From Patescibacteria group bacterium (GTDB lineage: Bacteria > Patescibacteriota > Microgenomatia > UBA1400 > PJMF01), in NCBI GenBank assembly GCA_023382875.1, contig JAHDXH010000003.1, positions 7,608 to 71,607 of the forward strand: a DNA stretch of 64,000 bases, written 5' to 3'. This document shows positions 27,196-40,200 of this stretch, piece after piece. Under the pieces are notes generated by a model, which did no database searches, was not told where the DNA came from, and saw nothing but the letters and a program-made list of their open reading frames with translations. The stretch's first letter is position 1, and every line of letters begins with the position of its first letter. Both the position numbers and the translations under genes were made by a program.

Positions 27196-29244
27196 TTATT
27201 CAGTTGGCACTACTTTGGCAGATGGGGTAGCATCAGTAGATTTTTTGGTATTTTCCACTGGTGGTGCTTCGACTTCTGGAGTGACGCTCTCTACTGGATT
27301 AACATCAGGTAGGGTGTTAGTTGCTTCTGGTGACTTTTTATCAATTGCTTCTTTGGCAATTTTTTCCAGTTCTTGTAGCTCGTCAGCAGCCTTCAAGTAA
27401 TCCTCTGAGTCAGGTTGAAGTAAGATGAGAGTTTTTTGGTAAGCCAATTTGGCCTCATCAAATCTTCTGAGCATTTTTAAGGTATTAGCACCATTGTAGT
27501 AGGCATTGGCGTAGTTTGGTTTTAAAACCGCTGCTTGTTCAAAGAATTTAAGAGCATCTTCATACTGTTTGGCGTTAAATAAGACACCTCCTAAAACCAA
27601 TCTTAGCTCTGGATTATTTGGTGCTAATTTGATGGCTTCAGCGTAAGCACTGGCAGACCATTCTTCAGAGTTTTCAGCTACACCAATCAAGGTTTGGTAA
27701 ACTTGGGCAGCTAATTGCCAGTTGGCGACATCTTTACCATCTAGAAGGATTGAAGCTTTGCTTTCTCTAATAGATTGTTGAATTAATTGAGCAAATTGTT
27801 TTTTGTCATCTTCGCTCAAATCAGCCTTTTGAGAAATAGCAGCAGCAATAAAGATATTGGTTACTGCATATTTTCTTCTATTTCCATCGAGATATGGATT
27901 GAGTTTGATAGCTCTTTGTTGCAATGAGTAGGCTAAGACAAAATCATTGTTAGTAGCTGCCTTAGATGAAAGGTACATTAAGTGGCTAGAGTAGGTGGCA
28001 ACACCCAATAAAGCGACTAATGATAACGAGCCAACAGCTAGCAGTCCAAGAAGTGCTCTGATAATAATTGTACTTTTACTGGCTAAAAATTTGTTTTTTG
28101 CCAAAACACCTTTAAGATTGAGGCTGTAAACTGCAAACTTTTCTTTTTCTCCAGCAACCCAGAAAACCATCAAGACAGCTTGAATAGTTAAGAGAACGAT
28201 ATTCAAAGGCATAAACAATTGAATAGCTAGGGTGGCCAACATCATCATGTGAACTGGTTTGGTTTGGCTGGTGACTGATTTGGTTTGCTTGAGTGTATTA
28301 ACAACCAGTAGAGCCCAAGCAATTAGGCCAAAAATACCTAAGCTGACGACGATTGAAAGTGGTACGTTGGCACCTTGAGAAAATTGAACATTCCAGTATT
28401 CACTATTATTAATCCAGGCTGGCTTATTTAGGTTATAAGCTTGTAAGTAGTTGTCTGGACCAACTCCAAGAAGAGCTGTCTTGAGACTTCTTAATGAATT
28501 TATAGCTACAGACCATGAAGCAGTTGGACTCAAAATAACTGGAGTAGTGGCTTTGCCAGGTAATAATAACCAACCATAGTAAACGATAGAAATCGCACTG
28601 ACTGCTAAAACAACGCTTTCCCAAAGTTTAGCTTTCTTGGCTTGAACGACTTTGGTAGAAAAACCAACAGCAGCAACAAGAGCAATTTGTAGTGAAACTA
28701 AGGTTGATCCAGATAAACTAAACAAGGCGTTGTTTGGTAAGTTAAGTCCAAGTAATTTGTTTAATAAGAGCGATGGTCCAACGCCAAATTGTTGTAGTAA
28801 TGATGTAACTAGGAGTGCTGCGCTGGAGAAACCAAGTACATTCAAGATTTTGGCGGTGCTATTGGTTTGGTGTTTGACCAATAAACTACCGTTTAAAACT
28901 ATTATTGCTAAGGCCAGCATGACACCACCAATATTAAGTAAGCTTTCGACTGGATATTGATTGTTGGCGAATAGGGAAATCAAGGTGATTCCACCAAGCA
29001 AAGCCATTGGCAGAGTAAATGGAGTTTTCAGAAAACTTAAAGCACCCTTTTTGAAACTATGAACAAAGTACCAAGTCATCATTATCAATCCGGCCAAAAT
29101 GACGGCAATGTATTTTGAGGCAACAATCGACTGATCTAGGATTGGAGCACTACCTAAATTTGTCCAAAGAACCAAGATCAGAGCAATTGGGATGACCGAA
29201 ACACCCATCGGTAGGTTTGAAAGTTTGGACATTAAATTTTTCAT
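27196..29244 (-). CDS. Polytopic membrane protein with C-terminal TPR repeats (Wzy_C / O-antigen-ligase-like candidate)
   Basis: At least 12 predicted TM helices followed by about 200 aa of TPR-like repeats (AYYNGANTLKMLRRFDEAKLAYQKT...). The GVGPDNY segment resembles the Wzy_C glycine motif. Confidence 0.45.
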   Translation of the reverse strand: MKNLMSKLSNLPMGVSVIPIALILVLWTNLGSAPILDQSIVASKYIAVILAGLIMMTWYFVHSFKKGALSFLKTPFTLPMALLGGITLISLFANNQYPVESLLNIGGVMLALAIIVLNGSLLVKHQTNSTAKILNVLGFSSAALLVTSLLQQFGVGPSLLLNKLLGLNLPNNALFSLSGSTLVSLQIALVAAVGFSTKVVQAKKAKLWESVVLAVSAISIVYYGWLLLPGKATTPVILSPTASWSVAINSLRSLKTALLGVGPDNYLQAYNLNKPAWINNSEYWNVQFSQGANVPLSIVVSLGIFGLIAWALLVVNTLKQTKSVTSQTKPVHMMMLATLAIQLFMPLNIVLLTIQAVLMVFWVAGEKEKFAVYSLNLKGVLAKNKFLASKSTIIIRALLGLLAVGSLSLVALLGVATYSSHLMYLSSKAATNNDFVLAYSLQQRAIKLNPYLDGNRRKYAVTNIFIAAAISQKADLSEDDKKQFAQLIQQSIRESKASILLDGKDVANWQLAAQVYQTLIGVAENSEEWSASAYAEAIKLAPNNPELRLVLGGVLFNAKQYEDALKFFEQAAVLKPNYANAYYNGANTLKMLRRFDEAKLAYQKTLILLQPDSEDYLKAADELQELEKIAKEAIDKKSPEATNTLPDVNPVESVTPEVEAPPVENTKKSTDATPSAKVVPTE

Positions 29245-29319
29245 AGTGATTTTATTAGACCAAATCTGGAGGGTAAATGTAAAGTAGTCAATCTACAGCA
29301 ACTTTGCTATCATAAAAAT

Positions 29320-29967
29320 ATGTTTGAAATACGCCGAAAAAATGGTTTTACAATGATCGAACTTTTGGCGGTGGTGGCAATTGTGGCGGTTTTAGTTTTG
29401 GCTTTTATGTTCTTAATGCGGGGACAACAGGCTAAAGCTCACGATTCCAGAAGGAAAACTGACCTTGAAAATATTCGCATCGCTTTTGAAGATTACTTTA
29501 ATGACAATGAGTGTTACCCGCCTGACACGATTCTAGATGTTTGTGGTTCTGATGATTTAGATCCATATTTGAAAAAAGTTCCCTGTGATCCACTTTCCAA
29601 AGAACCATATGCTTATGAACCAGTTGCTAACTGCGGTGGGTATAGGGTTTATGCAGTTTTAGATTATAAGGAAGATCCACAAATTGCCAGAATGGAGTGT
29701 GATGGAGTAGAGGGTTGTGGGGCAGCCTCTGGCCCTCAGTACAATTATGGTATTTCGGTCGGTGTTCCTTTGTATGGCGGTGGAGTAGTAATTGCCTCAC
29801 CTTCGCCAACTCCAATTCCCGAATTTGTTTATGCTTGTGATAGTACGGGTGTTTGTAATAAATTTGATGGTGGCAATCCGGTTTTAAATACTTGTCCAAT
29901 TACTTTTGAAGAAACTGACTGTCAAAATTCATGCGCTAGCTTAGCTAACCGTTGTTCTGGATTCTAA
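29320..29967 (+). CDS. Type IV pilin / pseudopilin-like protein (prepilin-type N-terminal cleavage/methylation domain)
   Basis: GFTMIELLAVVAIVAVL class III signal (G at -1, F at +1, E at +5). The GspG-like downstream motif AHDSRRKTDLENIRIAFEDYFNDNECYP follows. The C-terminal part is rich in Cys, Pro, Ser and Thr. Confidence 0.7.
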   Translation: MFEIRRKNGFTMIELLAVVAIVAVLVLAFMFLMRGQQAKAHDSRRKTDLENIRIAFEDYFNDNECYPPDTILDVCGSDDLDPYLKKVPCDPLSKEPYAYEPVANCGGYRVYAVLDYKEDPQIARMECDGVEGCGAASGPQYNYGISVGVPLYGGGVVIASPSPTPIPEFVYACDSTGVCNKFDGGNPVLNTCPITFEETDCQNSCASLANRCSGF

Positions 29968-29978
29968 GTTTAATAATT

Positions 29979-30521
29979 ATGAAAACAAAAAACTCAGTTA
30001 TAAATGTCGCCAGATCAGGTTTTACCTTGGTTGAGATTTTGATTGTCATTGTGATTGTGGGAATTCTGGCTACCATAGGCTTTGGTAGTTTTCAGTCATC
30101 TCAGTTGAAAAGCCGTGATGCTTCAAGAAAAAGTGATTTGAGGCAAATTGCTAGTGCTTTGGAAACTTATTATAATGATCACGGCCAATATCCAACTGAC
30201 AGCGGTGGCTCTATTAATGGTTGTAATGGTGGTTCTCCTTGTACTTGGGGAGAGCCTTTTATCGACGATAAAGGGACTGTTTATATGATCAAATTGCCAT
30301 TTGATCCACAAGAGAGTCGCAACTATTACTATTCTAGTGATGGTACTTCTTTCCAGATTTATGCTGGTTTGGAGAATGATTTAGACAAAGATATTCCTTT
30401 GTCTGGCGGCGTTCCCTCTGAATATGATGGCTTGCTTTGTGGAGCAGAAAAAGTTTGTAATTATGGTATTGCTAGTCCAAATACTACTCCGGAAGAGGGT
30501 AGAACTTTGGTGGCAATGTAG
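29979..30521 (+). CDS. Type IV pilin / pseudopilin-like protein
   Basis: SGFTLVEILIVIVIVGILA class III signal, then SRDASRKSDLRQIASALETYYNDHGQYP. Start reassigned to the ATG at 29979 (MKTKN). Confidence 0.7.
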   Translation: MKTKNSVINVARSGFTLVEILIVIVIVGILATIGFGSFQSSQLKSRDASRKSDLRQIASALETYYNDHGQYPTDSGGSINGCNGGSPCTWGEPFIDDKGTVYMIKLPFDPQESRNYYYSSDGTSFQIYAGLENDLDKDIPLSGGVPSEYDGLLCGAEKVCNYGIASPNTTPEEGRTLVAM

Positions 30522-30538
30522 AATTATTTAGGCAAAAT

Positions 30539-31000
30539 ATGCAAAAACAACAAGGCTTTTCTTTAATTGAGTTGCTGGTGGTGATTTCCATCATTGGTGC
30601 TTTGGCTGCGTTGTTGGTTACTAATCTAGTTGGTGTCCGTGGTCGTGCCGCTGATGCTTCTTTGAAAAACGATTTAAATCAGCTTAAGACGTCACTTCGT
30701 CTTTATTACAACGACTACCAACAATATCCAGATTCATCTGGTGGTAGTATGCTTGGTTGTGGTTCTTCTGGAACTACAGCCTGTACTCCAGGCGAAGAAT
30801 TTTCCGCCGGCTCTGGACCAACAGTTTATATGCAAAAGTTGCCAAAATCTTTCACTTACAATGTGAGCGGTGATAATGAAAACTTTGTTTTGGCAGTTTC
30901 CTTGAGTAATCTTTCTGATGCTGATATTGCAGCTAGTGCTTCTCGCTGCGGTCAAACAGCTACTGCTAGCTCCTCAGCCTATTATGTTTGTAATAATTAA
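30539..31000 (+). CDS. Type IV pilin / pseudopilin-like protein
   Basis: QGFSLIELLVVISIIGALAA class III signal, then the ADASLKNDLNQLKTSLRLYYNDYQQYP motif. Confidence 0.7.
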   Translation: MQKQQGFSLIELLVVISIIGALAALLVTNLVGVRGRAADASLKNDLNQLKTSLRLYYNDYQQYPDSSGGSMLGCGSSGTTACTPGEEFSAGSGPTVYMQKLPKSFTYNVSGDNENFVLAVSLSNLSDADIAASASRCGQTATASSSAYYVCNN

Positions 31001-31289
31001 GTAGATTGCTTAATGTTTTGATCTACTTCTACACAACCTAATAAACCCTCCTTTTTTCGTAATTGGTGACTCAACTAATACCTTCATTTTTTCGAATGAT
31101 TCGTGACTCATTCCTTCATCAATATCATTCTCAAAAACGCAGATATTAGTTGATCGTGTAATTTATTTGAGGCTTATTTGGCTGTCGAAGGCAGTCAAAG
31201 CTTATTAAGTAATCTTGCTTGGTAATTAATGTCTCTATTGAGACTAACCTGTGACGAAGGATTGAGTCTGAGTTAGTCGAAAGAGAGCA

Positions 31290-34200
31290 TTAATTAACAA
31301 TCCACCAGTTGAACTTAAGATCATTGTTGACTGGATAGTCGAATCCAACTTTGAAGCTGCTTTCAACCTCTGGAGTTTCTGGGTTATCTGTGGCAATTTC
31401 TTTGACGTAGAGAACTTGATTGTTGGTTGAGCCGAGTGGAGTAAGGTAAATTAACGATTTACCCGTCACAATCTTGGATTTGATGACAATTTCATTACTA
31501 TTGGCTTTGATAGTGGCAGTACCAGACGTCTTTTCTGACTCAATTGTGCCAGAATCGCTAGCCACTTGAAGTTCTTCGCTACCAATTCCTAAGCCAGAGG
31601 CAAATTCAGCTTTACCTTGAGCCGAGATAGTGGCTACTGGAACACCTAATTCATTGACGATTTCGAATCTAGATTCCTGAACAGTTTCTCCAAGAACATC
31701 TCCAGATTTAGTAGCCAACTGAACTTGGAATGGATTGTTGTAGTCATTTAACTTCATTAAGTTAGCCAGCAAAGTGCCGCCAACTTTAACATCGCCTGAA
31801 ACCTCAAGGTTACCAGTTAGTTGAGCTAAGCCAGTGTCGTCTAAAGTAAAGAGGTTGCCCATCAAAGAGAGGACACCTTTGCCTGATGGCTGTAGAGCTA
31901 AGACTGGTTTTTCAACGCCAGTTGGAGCAAAGTCAATGCTACCAGCAGTGACAAACATGGAATCGGATAAGACTAAGCTTTGGCCAATGCCGAGTTTTTC
32001 TGCTACGAAAGCTGAGCCATTAACATCCAAGTATTGATCGACATAAATAGCATCGGCATCAATGACTAAGGCATCTTCATCTAATGTTAGATCAGATAAG
32101 GCTAAGCGTGATGGGCTAGAGGTATCAATATCGGCCAAGAAAGCAGATCTTGAGGCGAAGTAACTTTCAACACTTTCGACGGTGTTTTGGTTGGCTGAGC
32201 CACTTAATTTAGCTAACAAAGATGGTTCTTCAATAGCGGCGGCCACTTTTTCGCTAAATCTATCAATGTTTTCTGCAAAGAGAGTTCCAGATACGGTAGC
32301 ATTGACGATCTCAGCTGTCTCGGCTTTGATCTGTTCAACCTGAGCAATTCGAGCTTCAAGCTCTTGAATACGAGCACTGCTTGCATCTAAGTCTCCAGAG
32401 ATGGAGGCATCTTTGGTGTAAATTACTTCTGCGGTGACAGTGCTGGTTTTGTTTTCTTTAGAAATAATTGTACCCAAGGTAATGATGTTGCCATCTTTGT
32501 CGATTGAGGTAACACTTGATCCGGCTGAATTTTCGATGACTAGGGCTGGCTTAGCTGAGCTAGAAGCATCTTTGTTTTCGCCAAGTCGAACATGAATAGA
32601 ACCATCATCGGCGATTGGGCTGATCATGTTGGTTTGTAAGTTGTTGGTTCTAACGATGTTGGAGAAGAGATCTAGGAATTGGCCAGAAACGGCGGTGAAT
32701 TTGCCGTAAACTTCAACACTACCGGCGATTAATTTGCCATAAATGGTGGCACCTGCAGCATTGAGTGATCCGTAGGCATTAATGGTGGTAGCGCCAACAG
32801 TGTTTTTTACAGTTTCACCGTAGGTAACAAATTTGTTTTTAGCCTCAAACAAGTCAGATTGGTATTTGGTAATCGAGTCAAAGTTGCTGTTTGTGGTTGT
32901 ACCCTCTAAAACTTCGCCAGAAATTGTGGCTTCGGTTTTGGTCCAGCCTAGGAAAGCATCCAATCTTTCATCTGCAAGTTTCTTGAGTCTTGAAGTTAAT
33001 GATTCTTTGACCAAAGTTGCAGAAGCAGTGGCGGTATTTGGGTTGAGTTGAGCAGAATTACTAGCAATTTCACCACTATTTGTCGCTTCATTGATTTGAC
33101 CACTGATGGTTGATTCTGGGCTGTTGGCAATTTCACTGCTGCCTGAAGCGTTAACCACGTTGATTGCTTGCTGGGTTTCTTCGCCAAAGATTTCTTCGAG
33201 TGAGGCATTATCTACACCACCAATATCTTTACCATCCAAGTAGGTGCCGAGGTTGACAAACATCATCACCCAATCTTTGCCAGATCCTGGGGTCCAAGCT
33301 TCTACAGCCTTACCAATGGTATAGCCAGTCTTTTGAGCTTTCATTGCTCGGCCGGGAACGTTGGAAGAAGTGATGAAGTCACCTGGCAAGATGGCGGCAG
33401 AGTCTGAGGCAATTTTGACTGGCACACGTCCTGCTAGCGCAACACGCTTGGTGTTTTCAGCTTTTTCACCAATTTGTAGTCCAGGAGCAGTGGAGATCAC
33501 ACCAATTACAGCAGGATCATAGGCTTTGGCAGTGCGGACAATGTATCCAGATTGAGTAGAGGTGGTGTCAGCGCTAACCACTTCGGCTGCTGAAATAGTT
33601 TTGTCGGTGGTGGGGTACCACTCGGCAAGGTCGGCACCGCCGCCAGATTCCCAACGCATAGCCATGGATTTTAAGATGGCGTTGCCATTGATTCTAGCTT
33701 TCCAGCGCATGGTGGTACCTTCTGGTTGTGAGGTAAGATCGGCAAATCCTGAAAAGATCTTCAAATCACCTGATTCGGTAGCCTGTTGGGTCATGGTAAC
33801 TGGTGTCCAAGTCACGCCGTTGTCGCGAGATGCCCAATAATCAATAGATCCGGTACCTAGATCTGCCCAAGAAATTAAGTTGGCGCGTCTTGGTAAAACA
33901 TTTGCTTCAAAATCTTCGGAAACGACATTGGATTCACCAGAGTAGGCGATAGACACCTGACTGATGGATGGGAATGATGAAGTGTCGGTTGAGGTTAAGA
34001 TAGCACGATATTGGACGTAATTATTAGCAGTAGTGTTTGGTTGATAGCCACTGTTGGTAATATAACGATTGGCCGTGAAGTCATCGATATAAATATCATT
34101 GATATATGGAGCTAAGTTGGTGACTCTTAATTTGGTGACTGCATTTTTATTGGCGGCAGGAATATCAGAGATATCGAAGAAGACTTTTTGCCACTGGAAT

Positions 34201-37200
34201 GGAGTCTCAACGACAAAGTCCATTTGCTGCTCATCGCTTTCAAGTTCACCAAAGCCAATTCTCATTGGAATTTCGGTGGCAGAGGCGGAGGTGCGAATCC
34301 AGAAAGATAGATAATCGTAATTGGTTAGGTCTGTGGAAGGAATAATAGCTTCAACAAAGTTGCCATCACTTTCAGTTGAGGAGGCGACCACTCTGGTAAC
34401 GTTGGTGGCTGTAGGTTCATCTTCATCTTCATAACCATCGACGTTGCGGGTAACATCGCCTTCTTGTGAGTAGAAAACAGCAGATGGGGTGACATAGTTT
34501 ACTTTAACTGAGTAAACGGCGGGAGCAGCCAAAGTGCTGGTGGTATCAGTAGTAGAGAAGATTAGGCGATATTGGACATAGTTACCAGCACTTGAAGTAA
34601 TGTCAGATCCAGTTGGTTCAGTCAGAACTTCTGCGCCTGTAATATTGTCTAGATAGAAATTAACTGATCCAGTGGTATCGTCTAGGTAGGTAATCCTCAA
34701 GTAGCGAATTGAGTCGCGAGCGGCTGCGGTCATGTCTGAAAGATCCCAGTAAACTTTTTGCCAGGTATCAGCTGCGTCAATAATAACGGTCTCTTCTTGC
34801 TCGGTAGCAGCGGCCTCACCCATACCCAATTTAAAGGTTGTATTGTCTCTGTCAGCTCTAATCCAAAAACTTACATAATTGTAGTTAGAAAGATTAACCT
34901 CATTGCCAGCACCAAGATCTCTAGCAGCATAACCATTGACGGTAGAGGAGGTGAACTTGGTAGCATTGCCGGCCGTAGCTTCATCTTCATCTTCATAGAA
35001 GTTGTTATTTCTGGTGACATCTCCATCGGCCACTGTGACATTAGTACCAGTCCAATTGGTATGAGTGTTCATGTTTTCAATAGAAACGGTGTTGACGCCA
35101 CCCGTAACTGGTCGCCAGGCTTCCCATGTGCCAGTGGTTGAGTCGGCAGTATTACCACTGCGAGTTTGCACTTGGACATCAGAATAGGAAGTATTGATGT
35201 TTTCAAACCACTCAATATCTTTGAAGTCTGCAGCTGAGTTGGTGCTTAGTTCGTCAGAAGTATAAATTCCATAACGATGAAGTGGGCGATTGGTAATGCC
35301 AGCAGTGTAAGTTGGGGTAGTGGCTGTACCCGTCGTTAACTCGTTGGTATCAACGCGGACGCGACCAGATCCACCATTACCACCATGAGAATATGTTCCA
35401 TTATCTGTCCATGGTGCACCATATGAGCCACTGTTGGTTTGACCACCAGTACCACCACTCGCAGTTACATCACCAGATAAATCTGTATAGTTGGCTTGAA
35501 TATAGATGGCACCGCCGGCACCACCACCGCCACCACCAGCTGGGATAGTGTCACCAGTGCCTCCGGCACCACCACCATTGCCATTGGCAAGAATTTTGCC
35601 ATGAGTGCTGACAGGGTGAGTATCAACTTCAACCGCGTTTGCGCTAATGAAGACAATGCCACCTCCATTGCCACCAGCTCCACCTAAGACTGTCCAAGCG
35701 CCGTTGTAACCCACGCCACCACCACCTCCACCAGATCCAAGATTGATTTTGTTTAAGTTTGCATCTCCGTATGCAGAAGGATTATTCGCATTGTTGGCAC
35801 AACTTGTTCCAGATCTTTGACCAACTGCACCAGCTGTTCCATAAGCACCACCTCCACCACCTTGACAGTAGCCACCACCACCTCCACCACCACCTTCGGT
35901 GGCAGGAGTAGCAGTGCGAGTATCATTTAGTTGGGCGGTAGATTCGGCTCTAAAAGCTGGTTGAGCAGCGACGTTGTAGCCAGCACCTCCGCGATAGCCA
36001 AGATAGTTAACATTAATTTGACCATTAAGCTGGACATCGACAGTGCCGGTGGCTCTGAAAGCAACGATTCCAGTGAAATATCCTGATGATCCAGATGGAG
36101 TAGTGGTGAGACCATCCCAGCCGCTAGCAGTTAGCGTACCACCAGACTGAATAGTAACATTGGTATATTGAGGAATACGCTGAATAATGACTTTTTGGTT
36201 GGCTGGAGTAGTGCCGTCATAAGAATTAACAACAGCAGATTTGAATGTCAGTGCGCTGCCCACAACCGAAGCAACCTCTAAGAATTCATAGTTACCAACA
36301 TCGGCATAATCACCAGCAGCACCTTGCATGTTGATAAGCAAGACTTCATCTCCAGCCACAATACCATTGGGAGTATTGGTAGTTGTAAGTGTTGAGCCAG
36401 TAATTGTGGAGGCATCAACTTTGTAGGCAATACCATCAGCATAGGTCACTCTTCCAGTGGCGATTGTTTCGACGTTGATATTTTTAGAGCCAGATAGAGT
36501 AATAGCGCCATCGCTGCCATCACCGTCATCAATATAACGGTCAAGCTTTAGACTTGGAGTAGTGTCGGAAGAAACTCTAAATTTGTCGACTGAAGTAGCA
36601 TCAAATTCAGCACGAGTATCATCAATTTTAGAGAGTGGAGTATAGCCAACCCAGTCACCATGGGTATTGGAGGTCTGTAAAACAGCTTCATTAGAAGCAT
36701 ACAGAGGTCGCCACTCTTGCCAAGTGCCATCAGTGGAGTCAGGTGTAGAGCCTGATCTGGTCATGAACTGAACCATGCCACCAGTACCGAGGTTGGCCAG
36801 CCAAGTCAAGGAATCATATGCACTGGCTCCGGCGGTATTGATTTCATTTGAGGTAAAGACTGAGTATGGGTAGTAATAGCCAGAGTTGCTGCCAGCGACA
36901 TAAGTTGGAGAAGTGGTGCCAGTGATTGAATTGGCATCAATTTTGATACGACCAACAGAACCATTTCCACCACTTGCTAAGCCACCATTTAAATCAGTCC
37001 AGCCTGCGCCATAAGTACCAACGTTAGTTACACCGCCAGCGCCGGCTGCAGCAGTCGTATTTACAGGAATACTAACAACGTCAGCCTTTAAGTAAATTGT
37101 ACCACCAGCTCCACCTCCACCACCGCCAGCGGGAATAGTATCACCAGTTCCACCTGCACCTCCACCACCACCATTTGAGGAAAGTGTACCATCGAGAGAG

Positions 37201-40200
37201 ACCCCATCTTCAACGCTGATGGTGTTAGCCGAGATATAGACGATGCCACCACCATCGCCACCAGTTCCACCAAGGATTCCCCAAGCTCCATTGTAGCCAA
37301 CACCACCTCCACCTCCACCTGAGCCCATATGTAATTTACCCAAATTAGCATCACCATAAGCTGTAGTGTTGTTGGCACCGTTGCCACAATTTGCACCAGA
37401 TCTTTGACCAACTGCACCAGTCGATCCATAGGCACCACCGCCACCGCCTTGACATCCAGCAGCTCCACCTCCACCACCACCTTGAACCGTTGGCGTGGGT
37501 GTTCTAGTGTCATTGAGCAATGAAGTTGATTCACCTCTGAAAGCTGGTTCGCCGGCGACGTTATAGCCAGCACCTCCACGATAACCCTTGTCATTCATAT
37601 TAATGTAGCCACCACCTTGAACATTAACTGTGCCTGAAGCCCTAAAAACAAGTAATCCACCAGATGTGCCATTCCAGTCATTGGCTGTTAGTGTTCCACC
37701 ATAAGAAATAGTGACGTTATTGTAATGAGGCACTCTTTGGACAATGATTTTTTGGCCAGTTAGGTTGGCGTTGCCTCCTACGCCATAAGTACCAGTAATG
37801 TTGGTAGTAAATTTAATTCTGGTGGAGTTTACACTTTCAACAGTTAAGAATTCATAAGTACCAACATTGCTATAGTTGGTGGCATCTCCCTGAAGATTGA
37901 TCAGCATCACTTCATCACCATTTTTAATTCCATTGGGAACAGCTGATGTGGTAGCAACATTGGTATTCAAAGAAGAAATAGAGTAGGAAGCACCGTCGGC
38001 ATATGCTCTGCCGCTAGCGATTGCGTCGGTGTTAATGTTTTTGCTTGTAGAAACAGTGATTGAACCATCTTCACCCAAGCCAACAAATGGGCGATTCTTG
38101 GAAGTTTGAATGGTATTACCAACTGTTGATTCAGATTGGAACTTAGTGCTACCGGTGTCAAAGGCACTTTGGGTATTATCGGTATGACCCAATTGATCGG
38201 TATAGTTGATAGTAACACTGGTAACAGTTGGGGTAACTGTATTGGTAGTGGTGCTTAGGATAACTCTATATTGAATGTAATTGGCAGCAGTAGAAGAGAT
38301 TGTTCCATTGGTTGGGCTACTTTCATAACGGTTGGCTGCCAAATCGTCTAGATAAACTGTGGTACTGCCAGAATCAACTTGAGTTAGTCTGAAGTAACGA
38401 ATGGCGTTTCTGGAAGCAGTGCTGATATCAGTTAAGTCCCAATAGAACTTTTGCCAAGTGTTGGCTGGAGCATCTAATGTTTGGTTTAGTTCAACATAGG
38501 AATTTTCTCCCATACTAATCGTCCACTTTTTACCAGATTCAGAATTCTTCATCCAGAAGCTAATGTAGTCATAATTTGATAGATCAACTTCATTGCCAAG
38601 CCCTAAATCTCTTTGAACATAGCCATTTTGAGCGGTGAAAGATACTTTTGTGATATTGCCAACAGTTGATTCATCTTCATCTTCAAAGAAATCAATGTTT
38701 CTAGTGGCGTCTCCCTCAAGCACCATCGTATGGGCAGTGCTACTTCTGTAGTTGAGAGTTAGGTTTTCCAGAGTAGGAGCTGCAGTGACATTGGTAGTGG
38801 AAAGAATGACGCGATACTGAATGTAGTTGTTAACAGTTGATGGAATTTGGTAACCAGCATCAGAAGTAATATACCTTCCACCTTTAATGTTATCTAGATA
38901 ATAGACAACTGCAGGAATATCGTTATTTGTGACTCTTAAATAGCGCACATTATCTCTACTAGCTGCAGCAATGTCTGAGATATCCCAGTAAATCTTTTGC
39001 CAGACGTTGACTTGGTCAATCGTAACCACTTCGCTTTGTTCATCACCTGTAGCTTCGCCAAAGCTGAAGGTCAGTTTATCAGAAGTAACATCTGATCTAA
39101 CCCAGAAGCTAATGTAGTCGTAGCTGGTTAAATTAACTTCATTGCCTGCGCCAAGATCTCTTTCAGCATAGCCACCTTCAGTTGAGGTGGAGAATTTGGC
39201 AATATTGCCGGCTGTAGCTTCATCTTCATCTTCGTAATTGTCAATATTGCGAGTTGTATCGCCTTCAGCCACAGTAGTGTTGGTGCCTGTCCAGCTGGTG
39301 TGGGTATTCATGGTATCGAGGGTAACTTCATTGGTGCCATTAACAACAGGCTTCCAGGCTTCCCAAGTGCCGTCAGTGGCGTCAGTACTATTACCGGTTC
39401 TAGTTTGGACTTGAATTTCTCCAACGTTGCCAAGTGATTCTGTCCAAGAAACCATGTCTAAAACAGCAGCGCTGGTGGCTTGAAGTTCAGAAGAGGTGAA
39501 GACACCAAATGGATGGTAGTTATTAAGTGAGGTGCCGTTGGTATAAGTTGGAGTGGTTGATCCTGCAACTCTGTTGGCGTCAACTCTGATACGACCAACA
39601 CCACCATTGCCACCATTAGATCGACCGCCATTTAATTCGGTATAAGGTGAACCATAGGAACCAACGTTTGTTACGCCGCCACTTCCTCCACTTGCAGTAA
39701 TTGTTCCAGAAACATTGACTACATTACCTGCAAGGTAAATTGCACCACCAGCGCCGCCACCTCCACCACCAGCTGGGATAGTGTCACCTGCACCACCAGC
39801 ACCACCGTCAGTACCATTGTTAACTACAGAGCCAGCTGAGGAGGTAATGGTGTTGGCAGAAATGTAGACGATACCACCGCCATCGCCACCTGTACCGCCA
39901 AGGATGTTCCAAGCACCACCATAACCACCACCACCTCCACCACCACCTGAGCCAAGATTTAACTTAGCTAGATTAGCATCACCATAACTACTACCAAGGT
40001 TTGCATAGTTAGAACAACTTGAACCTGATCTATTTCCAGAAATACCATTGGCTCCATAACCACCACCTCCACCGCCTTGACAAATTAATGTTCCGCCTCC
40101 ACCTCCTTCGGTGGTTGGTGTAGCAGTTTGAGTGTCATTGACTCCGCCAGTTGATTCACCACGATAAGAGAGAACAGCGTTGCTAGCGCTTCCAGCTCCA

